A program made the translations under genes and the position numbers. The notes below the pieces were generated by a model that was not told where the DNA came from, did no database searches, and saw only the letters and a program-made list of their open reading frames with translations. From Phycisphaerae bacterium (GTDB taxonomy: Bacteria; Planctomycetota; Phycisphaerae; UBA1845), in NCBI GenBank assembly GCA_963667855.2, contig CAXXKI010000002.1, positions 8,828 through 72,827 of the forward strand: a DNA stretch of 64,000 nucleotides, in the 5' to 3' direction. Positions 20,208 to 27,728 of the stretch are shown here, piece by piece. Positions within the stretch are counted from its first letter, which is position 1, and each line of letters opens with the position of its first letter.

Positions 20208-21856
20208 GCGATTTTCTCCGCAGCCCATACAGCGAGTTTTTCCCGGAAAATCTTGGCGTTATGCCGGACATCGACCGGAAAAGACGGGTGATAGAGAATC
20301 GTTTCAATGTTTTTCGTCAGTGAATTCCCCCGAGCGATTTTTAGTAATTCCGCGGCAGGTTTTTCCGTTTGCCCTTTTTCCAATTCCACGCAGAGTACGG
20401 GTTTCTGCTTTCCGGCTGCGCCGATACCGACCAGGGCCGACCTGTACACCGCGGGATGCTGATTGAAGATTGCCTCACAGGGAATCGTGAACATGGTTTC
20501 CTTTTCAGTAACCACCCTATGAGCTTTTCGGCCACAGAACCACAACCGGCCCTTCTCATCCAGACAACCAACATCCCCCATGCGGTGCCAGATACCGTCA
20601 CTGTCAGCGATCTTGGCCAGTTCAGTAGCCGCCTTTTTCCGAAAATACTCCTTGGTAACGACCGGACCCTTGACACATATTTCACCAATCTCCCCCTGAG
20701 GCAGGCACAATGAATCGGACCAGGTATTTATCGGCTCATCTGAAATTGCGATTATCCTGACGCACATTCCATCCAGTGGTTTGCCTACGCAAATCCCCCG
20801 GCCGATAGCTGTCAGGGCACTGGTTTCGCCAAGAATCTCCCTGCTCTCAATCGAGGCAACGGGAAGCGATTCGGTGGCCCCGTAAGGTGTGTAGATATCG
20901 GCCTCTTCGGGCAGCAGCGAGCGCATACGTTTCAAAACCGCGTGAGGAACAGGCGCTCCGGCAGTCATTACACGTTTAAGCGAAGGAAAACTGATATCGT
21001 GTTTTTCCGCATACCTGCTGACCCGGTTGAGCAGTGCCGGTGATCCGAACATGTGGGAAACCCGGTTGCCGCGAATGGCGGAGATAATCCGTTCAGGATC
21101 GACCTCGGCCGGCTTGGTGGGATCCATGTCGGGAATGATGGCCGTCATACCCAGGGCTGCGTCAAAGAGGGCGAACAAAGGAAATGTGGGCAGATCAATC
21201 TCCTTTGGAGAATACCCATATTGAGATTCCAGATATCGTACCTGGGCGTCGAAGATACCGTGCTCGTACACAACCCCCTTGGCCGGTCCGGTGCTGCCGC
21301 TGGTAAATATTATGGCGGCCAGGTCAGTACTTTTTGTCCGGGCGGTTGGAAAACTTTTCGCCTCGCCGCTGCGGATTTGACCAAGCGTATATCCACCCCA
21401 GAACCATTTTCTGCCGACGGTGATTTTTATCTTCACCGTACGGAAAGCCTTGGAAAACAAAATCCGGGCGACATGTGCCGGGGGAATACCAATAAACGCC
21501 TCCGCCTCAACTTCACCGAGCGACTTGATCAACTGCTTGCGTCCCATCCCCGGATCGATCAATACAACGGTCGCTCCCACCTTGAACAGGGCAAAAGTGA
21601 GAATGAAGAATTCCAGACCGGGACGAACCATAAGAATAGTCCGCATGCCTTTGGTTATCCCAACCTCACTCAAGCCACGGCTATAGCGGTTTATTTCGTC
21701 GGCAAGTTCGGCAAAGGTGAGTTCACGATAAATCGTGTTTCCCCGCGAATCCCGACCGGCGGGGCAGGCAACAGCCCGCTTGGTGGAGAACCGGCGAGCC
21801 ATCTCCTCCACCCGTTCGGTGATATTCACCAGCGGCGACTGCGATTCTGCTGTCAT
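20204..21856 (-). CDS. oleC: OleC, olefin beta-lactone synthetase (AMP-dependent synthetase/ligase family).
   Basis: AMP-binding motif IIFTSGSTGPAKGV. C-terminal FPVDVRHNAKIFREKLAVWAAEK, typical of OleC. The start is taken at MTAESQSPLVNI (21856), 17 nt after the oleB stop. The longer ORF would overlap oleB. Confidence 0.82.
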   Translation of the reverse strand: MTAESQSPLVNITERVEEMARRFSTKRAVACPAGRDSRGNTIYRELTFAELADEINRYSRGLSEVGITKGMRTILMVRPGLEFFILTFALFKVGATVVLIDPGMGRKQLIKSLGEVEAEAFIGIPPAHVARILFSKAFRTVKIKITVGRKWFWGGYTLGQIRSGEAKSFPTARTKSTDLAAIIFTSGSTGPAKGVVYEHGIFDAQVRYLESQYGYSPKEIDLPTFPLFALFDAALGMTAIIPDMDPTKPAEVDPERIISAIRGNRVSHMFGSPALLNRVSRYAEKHDISFPSLKRVMTAGAPVPHAVLKRMRSLLPEEADIYTPYGATESLPVASIESREILGETSALTAIGRGICVGKPLDGMCVRIIAISDEPINTWSDSLCLPQGEIGEICVKGPVVTKEYFRKKAATELAKIADSDGIWHRMGDVGCLDEKGRLWFCGRKAHRVVTEKETMFTIPCEAIFNQHPAVYRSALVGIGAAGKQKPVLCVELEKGQTEKPAAELLKIARGNSLTKNIETILYHPSFPVDVRHNAKIFREKLAVWAAEKIA

Positions 21857-21873
21857 GTTGGAATCCGCCGCGG

Positions 21874-22809
21874 TCACGATTGTTTCTCGCCGGTCATATC
21901 CGAAGGTTTGTCCAATGGGTATTTTTCCAAAAAGGTTTTTACCAGGGGAATGATTTCCTCCCCGGCATCTTCCAGGCAATAATGGCCCGCCTCCGGGAAA
22001 GTATGTACCTGCGCTTCGGGAAACCTGTTTTTCCACTCAGCGAGGAAATACCTGTCAAACACGAAATCCTTTTCACCCCAGCAGATAAGCTTGGGAACGT
22101 TCTTGAGAATATGCAAATGGTCTTCCACCCACTTTGCCGTAGCGTAACTGGTATGTCTGGAGTTAAGCGGAATATCCTGCACGAACCGAAGCGTGGCTAT
22201 GCGGTTGGCCCAGTTATTGTAGGGCGCACGAAACGCGGCGCTGACCTCACGGTTGAGTCCTTTTTTACTGGCCATCAGGGTCGCCCCGAAGGAAAACGCG
22301 TTAAACCCTCTAACCAGAATGTTGGCCAGCAGGCGGCAATGTCGAATCAGCTTGAGCCGAACGGGCAAGCGTCTTCCCTTGGGGAGCATAAAAGCGGCCG
22401 TGTTCAGCAGTACTATTCTTTTTATCCGCTCCGGCTGACGAAGTGCCATCCCCATGCCAATCATACCGCCCCAGTCGTGAAGGATGAGCGTGATGTTTTC
22501 TTTAAGGTTCAACTTGTCCAGAAGTCTTTCCAGATCCTCAATCCGCTGGTAAAGCGTATAGCTGTACTTATCATCTGCAGGCTTGTCGGACAGCCCGCAC
22601 CCAATATGGTCTACAGCGATAACCCGGTGAGAATCTCGCAGGCTTTTTATCACATCCCGATAGAGAAACGACCAGCTTGGGTTTCCGTGAACACAGACGA
22701 TCGGATCACCTTCGCCCTCGTCGACATAATGGTAGCAAAGACCGTCGAGATCCAGCCAATGGCTTTCAAATGGGTACAATGATCTAAATGGGGTAATATC
22801 AAAAGTCAT
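21874..22809 (-). CDS. oleB: OleB, alpha/beta-hydrolase (haloalkane-dehalogenase-like) beta-lactone decarboxylase.
   Basis: YPFESHWLDLDGLCYHYVDEGEGDPIVCVHGNPSWSFLYRDVI...DHIGCGLSDKP and LILHDWGG, in the oleB-oleC-oleD gene order. Confidence 0.82.
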   Translation of the reverse strand: MTFDITPFRSLYPFESHWLDLDGLCYHYVDEGEGDPIVCVHGNPSWSFLYRDVIKSLRDSHRVIAVDHIGCGLSDKPADDKYSYTLYQRIEDLERLLDKLNLKENITLILHDWGGMIGMGMALRQPERIKRIVLLNTAAFMLPKGRRLPVRLKLIRHCRLLANILVRGFNAFSFGATLMASKKGLNREVSAAFRAPYNNWANRIATLRFVQDIPLNSRHTSYATAKWVEDHLHILKNVPKLICWGEKDFVFDRYFLAEWKNRFPEAQVHTFPEAGHYCLEDAGEEIIPLVKTFLEKYPLDKPSDMTGEKQS

Positions 22810-22848
22810 AGTGTTGGTTCAGTTTTGTTCTATTATTAAAAAAGATAT

Positions 22849-23064
22849 AACCACAAAGACACAAAGGCATAAACGATTGTACTTCGCGGTTCTTCCATCC
22901 GCCTATGCGGCTTTCGAGGTTAAAGCCGTTGTCGTTTTTTGAAAGTAAAAGATAGCCATAAGTAGCGAATCTAAATACTAATGAAAGTACGCTGTCCAGC
23001 CTTTCTTTGTGTCTTCGTGCCTTTGTGGTAAAATCAAAATAAGCAACTAAGCCACAAAGAAAAG
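22849..23064. repeat. Dispersed copy of the CCACAAAG/CTTTGTGG hairpin element, related to the 2822..3405 array.
   Basis: ACCACAAAGACACAAAGGCA (22850..22869) faces CTTTGTGTCTTCGTGCCTTTGTGGT (~23005..23029) across ~130 nt. A second local hairpin follows: CTTTGTGG, a 24-nt loop, then CCACAAAG (ending ~23060). The tail CACAAAGAAAAGA is shared with copy 3 of the array. Confidence 0.7.
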
Positions 23065-23336
23065 ATAGTGGGCGATTATTCCTCATAAGAGCCCGTTTTT
23101 CGAGTTTATGTTCATCACGCAGCCACGTGCGATGCCTTCAATGGAGCAAGCCTCGCCTGCGTACCAGTCAGTTACATACACGGCGGAATCATACCACGAA
23201 ACCGGCAAACAGGTAAGAAAGGTTTATTCCTCCTTAATACACTGGAAAAGATCGCTTCAAACCTGTAAAAACAAGAGATCCTTGGGTAAAGATTTGCTGG
23301 GTCAGAGGATTCTAACCAACACGAATGGAGACCAAG

Positions 23337-23903
23337 ATGTTCAAGAGTATCGTCGTCGTATGTTCGGCCGGTCTGTTATTGACGGCAAGCGGGTGCAGTA
23401 TGGCCGTCAAGCAGGCATATCACGGGGTAGTGGGTGCCAGCGGAAAGTTCTACGAGATAAAAGTAGTAGACGAGGAAGTATTGAAAACCTACACCGCGGT
23501 CCGGGTCGAACCTTTTACCAACGACCTGGGCGAGCGAGTTCCACAAAAGGTGATCGACCGAGTAAACGAGATGGTCCCCAAGGAAGTGGAAGATTCCGGA
23601 TTCTTCGATGGCGACGGTGATCGAGTGCTTTCGATTAAAGGGCGAATAATTCATTACAATGGCAAGTCGGGTCTGGAAGGCGCGGTTGGTTCCGTTCTCA
23701 GCGGCGGTGAAGAGTGCGTCTGTCGGGTAGAACTCCTTGATGCAAGATCAGGCAGCCTCGTGGGAGAAGCGGTCTGCTGGGGTACAGTGAAGTCGGCCGT
23801 CCGCCGCGGTTCAACCGAACTCGGTATTGGTGTAGGCAAAGGGGTAACCAAATGGCTGGAAGAGCGCCTGCCCGATGAAGAGGAAACGCAGCAGGAAGAG
23901 TAA
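23337..23903 (+). CDS. Hypothetical lipoprotein.
   Basis: MFKSIVVVCSAGLLLTASGC has a lipobox. GGAG lies 7 nt upstream. Acidic C-terminal tail. A strong terminator follows. Confidence 0.6.
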   Translation: MFKSIVVVCSAGLLLTASGCSMAVKQAYHGVVGASGKFYEIKVVDEEVLKTYTAVRVEPFTNDLGERVPQKVIDRVNEMVPKEVEDSGFFDGDGDRVLSIKGRIIHYNGKSGLEGAVGSVLSGGEECVCRVELLDARSGSLVGEAVCWGTVKSAVRRGSTELGIGVGKGVTKWLEERLPDEEETQQEE

Positions 23904-23927
23904 CAGTAGCTTCATAGGTATAACCCA

Positions 23928-23958
23928 AGAGGCGGGAAAAAACCCGCCTCTTTTTTTT
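23928..23958 (+). terminator. Rho-independent terminator.
   Basis: AGAGGCGGG, loop AAAAAA, CCCGCCTCT, followed by a T8 run. Confidence 0.75.
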
Positions 23959-24002
23959 GTTGCACCGACACAATTGTTATTCTACAAGTTAACCGTACAG
24001 CT

Positions 24003-24776
24003 TTAGAGATTATCGATCCGCTCCGGCGAACATTTCAGATCGCCGGTCACGATTTGCTCGAGCCGGGAATCGACATCCGCCCTGCGGATCGCGACCGCCA
24101 GCTCGCCGGCTGCTTTCCGGTTTTCATCGGTTTTGACCTTGCTCAGGCAAACCGCTATCCGCGAATTTCGCCCCACCGATTTTAAGTAACCTTGTTTATG
24201 AAACAAGATTGTAGCCACGTTTTCCACGGTCACCGGAGATTCCGGTTCCGTGCCGGTAAGTTCGGAAAAGATTTCCGGGCGATGTACGTATTGATCGTTT
24301 ACAGGTTTTCCCAGGCAGTCTATCCCGATTACAACTATAACCAGTTCGGCGAGTTTTGAAACCACGGGCTCGTAATCCGCGTGTCCCTTTATCGAGCGAC
24401 CGGCCGACCCGTCTGCCTCTACCAACAGATAGTCGGCAAGATGCGAATCATGAAGCGAATCAAGTTCGTTCGCCTCAAAACCAATAAGTTTTCGCGCGTC
24501 CGCCGTCACACCTTGAGCAACAGTAACGAGAAATGGCTTTTTCTCGATCAACCCTATTTTTCGAGCAATAGCGGTAATGTCTAAATCCACCATCACAGCA
24601 TCGGTATCATCTTCTTCCGGCTTGAAAATCTTTGTACTGGTAGTGGTTATGACGGAAGAGTTTTGTTTTTTCAGACTGCGGGCAAGAGCATACATCAACG
24701 TGGTTTTTCCGCCACCTCCGATGATGTAAACCCGACTGTTTTTGCGTATTTCAAAGGCAGAAAGCAGCATGACCAA
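24003..24776 (-). CDS. yqeC: Selenium-dependent hydroxylase accessory protein YqeC (P-loop).
   Basis: 257 aa. RVYIIGGGGKTTLMYALA P-loop close to the N-terminus. Adjacent to yqeB and mocA, as in the E. coli ygf/yqe region. Confidence 0.75.
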   Translation of the reverse strand: MVMLLSAFEIRKNSRVYIIGGGGKTTLMYALARSLKKQNSSVITTTSTKIFKPEEDDTDAVMVDLDITAIARKIGLIEKKPFLVTVAQGVTADARKLIGFEANELDSLHDSHLADYLLVEADGSAGRSIKGHADYEPVVSKLAELVIVVIGIDCLGKPVNDQYVHRPEIFSELTGTEPESPVTVENVATILFHKQGYLKSVGRNSRIAVCLSKVKTDENRKAAGELAVAIRRADVDSRLEQIVTGDLKCSPERIDNL

Positions 24777-24783
24777 TCAAACC

Positions 24784-25599
24784 TCAAAAACGGTTTCGCC
24801 CGGCGTTAAAAGCCGAGATTATCTCCAATGCCGCACCACTGATTGTCCGGGCCTTATCTGAAATGGTATAACAGTTTTCCCGTTTTCCCCGCGGATCAAC
24901 GTCGCCCACCTTCTGCCCGGGTTCCACCGCCGAACCGGGTAAAATCAATCCGCGAAGTACTCCACCTATGGTTGTTTCAATCTCGGATCCTTCCACAACA
25001 GCGACCACATCACCGGGAATGACTATATCCCCAATATCGCGCTGAGCAACCAGCACACCGCTCGCGGGTGAACGCAGTACGCGCCGGGCGGATTGCCCGG
25101 CAATTTCTCCTGGATAACCCGTATCAGGAGCAGCCAACCCACTGCTGATTATCCGCCCCAAGTCATGTCCCCTATTGGTTTCCACAACATAGTGAACATC
25201 TTTCCCCGCCTGCAATCCCGGCCCGTACCCTATCACCAGCGGCGCGTCGCCTATTGTATTATCCCTATTCCGCTTGAGAATCCGGCCGTCTATTACGACA
25301 TCGGGCTGCCATATTTTCCGAACCTCACACTCCGGATCTATAAAAACCGGAATGTGATTCCCGTCTAAATTACCGAGGATATTCACATCATCCAGATGGT
25401 AGCTTTTAGCCCTGACCCCTTCGACCTCGCACTCACCGTTGAAAACCGAGGAACAGAAGGCGACGGTCCGCCGCACCGCCCGGGGACATTCCACCTCGGT
25501 CATAACTACGGTAAATCCACAACGGAATAACCGGTGAGCCGTACCTGACGCGTGCTCACCCGCTCCCTTGATCAGAACCTTTCGCTTCATGTTACTCAC
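24784..25599 (-). CDS. yqeB: Selenium-dependent molybdenum hydroxylase system protein, YqeB family.
   Basis: 271 aa. VLIKGAGEHASGTAHRLFRCGFTVVMTEVECPRAVRRTVAFCSSVFNG matches the YqeB/EF2563-type maturation protein signature. ATGA overlap with mocA. Confidence 0.72.
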   Translation of the reverse strand: MSNMKRKVLIKGAGEHASGTAHRLFRCGFTVVMTEVECPRAVRRTVAFCSSVFNGECEVEGVRAKSYHLDDVNILGNLDGNHIPVFIDPECEVRKIWQPDVVIDGRILKRNRDNTIGDAPLVIGYGPGLQAGKDVHYVVETNRGHDLGRIISSGLAAPDTGYPGEIAGQSARRVLRSPASGVLVAQRDIGDIVIPGDVVAVVEGSEIETTIGGVLRGLILPGSAVEPGQKVGDVDPRGKRENCYTISDKARTISGAALEIISAFNAGRNRF

Positions 25600-26183
25600 C
25601 GCGCCAGGTCAGCCGGTGTATCCACATCATAGAGAACACCATCATCGTCAACGGGAAGGAAATGTACCAGGTCCGGATTTTCCTTAATGATCCGCCGGGC
25701 TCCCACGTCGCCGGTGAGTTTCATCAGGTCCCTTTTGCATTTCCTGTCGAAAACCACCGGATGCCCGTGTTGGGCATTAAAGGTGGGAACAAGAATCCGC
25801 TTTTCACTCGCCTGAAACATGGAAACACAATGATCCACGACCGCCCGGTTAATCCTGGGCATATCACCCAGGGCAATCACGTATGCCTCGGCACCGGCAG
25901 TAGCGGCCATCAAACCGACTCGCAGAGAAGACGCCATCCCCTCCTGGTAACCGTGATTAACCACCACGGTACACTTGGGATCATCCAAAGCCAGGTCGAA
26001 GCTGGGATTGACCACGACCACCACCTCGCTGATCAGTTTGGATTCCAGCAGTGGCTGCAATGCGGACGTGAAAACCGTGGAATCCCCGAACGGAATCAAC
26101 AGTTTATCCGTATTCATCCGCGAACCGTTTCCCGCTGCCAGCAGGATCCCCGTGGTAAACATATCAGTATCATCCATGTACAA
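25596..26183 (-). CDS. mocA: Molybdenum cofactor cytidylyltransferase (MocA/YgfJ family).
   Basis: GILLAAGNGSRM nucleotidyltransferase motif. ~190 aa. Cluster context. Confidence 0.8.
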   Translation of the reverse strand: MYMDDTDMFTTGILLAAGNGSRMNTDKLLIPFGDSTVFTSALQPLLESKLISEVVVVVNPSFDLALDDPKCTVVVNHGYQEGMASSLRVGLMAATAGAEAYVIALGDMPRINRAVVDHCVSMFQASEKRILVPTFNAQHGHPVVFDRKCKRDLMKLTGDVGARRIIKENPDLVHFLPVDDDGVLYDVDTPADLAR

Positions 26184-26191
26184 ACCACCGC

Positions 26192-27679
26192 CTATTGATG
26201 AACTCCTGTCCCGCTCAGTTCCGGCGCAGTTGCTCGATACTCGGTGAACCGCTCTGAAAGCACCTGAACCTTTTCCATTATCTCCGCCGGCTTAGCTCCG
26301 TCGGCAAACGGCAGCACCTGCCCATTCCACTTGAGCAGCCTGCCGCGGGAAACCACCGTATCAACCTCACTGCCGTCCGCCGCCCAGATAATGTTCTCCA
26401 TGACGTTATCCAGACGAGTAGGTATCATATTGGGTTTACCTAAGCCGAGCACGATCCAGTCGGCGAGCATTCCTTCGGCCAGCTCTCCCTGATCCATTCG
26501 CAGGATTTTCGCTGGAACCGAAGTTATCATTTCCAGAAGCTGCTGTGAAGTGAGCAGGGTCGCGTCCTGGTGCAGAGCCTTCTGAAACTGCGACGCCAGC
26601 CGGGCAGCGGCCAGTATGTTCTGATTATCCGCAGAACCGGAACCGTCGGTTGAAATCGCCACTGGAACGCCCGCTTTAAGCATTTCCATAATCGGCGGCA
26701 TACCCGACCCGAGAATCGTGTTTGCCAGAGGGTTGTGTACGATCTTCGTCCCTGTTTTTGCCAATATTTCAACATCCCGCGGACCGCAGTTCACCTGGTG
26801 GGCAAGAACCGAATTCTCGTCCAGAATGTCGATCGACTCTGCGTATTCCACCGGAGTCATTCCCGGCTCGATCTCTTCGGTAAACCAGCGGGTGGTGGCC
26901 GGCTCCTCGGATGAGTGAATGTGAAACAGCGTATCGTTCTGCCTCGCCCACGCTTTCAGCGGAACCAGGACGTTGCGACTGTTGGAGAAAAGCTGATCGG
27001 GACCGGGGCAGAAGCTGGTCCGCTTCAAACCGGTGATGGTCAGACTCTTTTCCAACCGGCCTATTGCGTCTTCCGGGGTGTCCAGAAGTTCGGCCACGTA
27101 GTTGCGATCCTGGCCGCCGATAGCCACGATCATGGTCGTTCCGGCGTTTTCGTTCGCCTTGGCGATTTCCCGCAAATGATACTTATTGTGATTGCAGTGA
27201 TGCACCATCGAAGCGGTTATACCGTAATGAATATCGCACAGCCGCGCCATACGGTAAGTTACGTATTGCGGCGAACAGCCGAGTTCTTCGGTCAGCTTCT
27301 CCTGCTGACTGTTTATGAAACCGGTAAAGGGATTTACCGCATGATCCAGCCAGCTGGTAAGCGGTTCATCCTTGGCAACCCCAATGATAGGCTGCTCGTG
27401 ATCGTGCCCGTGAGCCTTTACGAAAGCCGGCATGAGAATGCCGTGCAGCTTTGGAATTTCATTACCCACTTCCCGCCCAAGGACCCGCAGTTCCGCCCCC
27501 AGCGATTCAGTAAGCCTTTTACCCACCTCATCCGTATACTGCCCAACCTCCTTGATCCGCTCTCCTTCCGCGAGAACGTACCCGTCCTGTATTCGCCGTC
27601 CCTTGTCGTCACCAGCCAGGGGCAGCAGAAATTCCGCTCTGCACAATGTGAACTTATTTTCCAGCATGGTATCCTTCAA
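26192..27679 (-). CDS. Amidohydrolase-superfamily deaminase/chlorohydrolase-like enzyme.
   Basis: 495 aa. Metal-binding HxH (FVKAHGHDHEQP), later HIHSSEE and STDGSGSADN motifs. The substrate cannot be assigned from sequence. Confidence 0.75.
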   Translation of the reverse strand: MKDTMLENKFTLCRAEFLLPLAGDDKGRRIQDGYVLAEGERIKEVGQYTDEVGKRLTESLGAELRVLGREVGNEIPKLHGILMPAFVKAHGHDHEQPIIGVAKDEPLTSWLDHAVNPFTGFINSQQEKLTEELGCSPQYVTYRMARLCDIHYGITASMVHHCNHNKYHLREIAKANENAGTTMIVAIGGQDRNYVAELLDTPEDAIGRLEKSLTITGLKRTSFCPGPDQLFSNSRNVLVPLKAWARQNDTLFHIHSSEEPATTRWFTEEIEPGMTPVEYAESIDILDENSVLAHQVNCGPRDVEILAKTGTKIVHNPLANTILGSGMPPIMEMLKAGVPVAISTDGSGSADNQNILAAARLASQFQKALHQDATLLTSQQLLEMITSVPAKILRMDQGELAEGMLADWIVLGLGKPNMIPTRLDNVMENIIWAADGSEVDTVVSRGRLLKWNGQVLPFADGAKPAEIMEKVQVLSERFTEYRATAPELSGTGVHQ

Positions 27680-27728
27680 TCTTCCCTTTGAACGCGTCCA
27701 GCATTTCCAGCATCCGGCTTACCGCCAT

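Noticed and set aside
21053-22782. ORFs of 309 aa and 300 aa on the plus strand, opposite oleC and oleB.
   Set aside because: Same reasoning as above: antisense shadows of strongly supported genes, with no motifs and no RBS.
22799-23620. Track ORFs of 95 aa (minus) and 170 aa (plus) in the oleB upstream spacer.
   Set aside because: The first is translated straight through the hairpin repeat element. The second overlaps the better-supported lipoprotein gene in another frame and is Arg/Ser/Gly-rich with no RBS.
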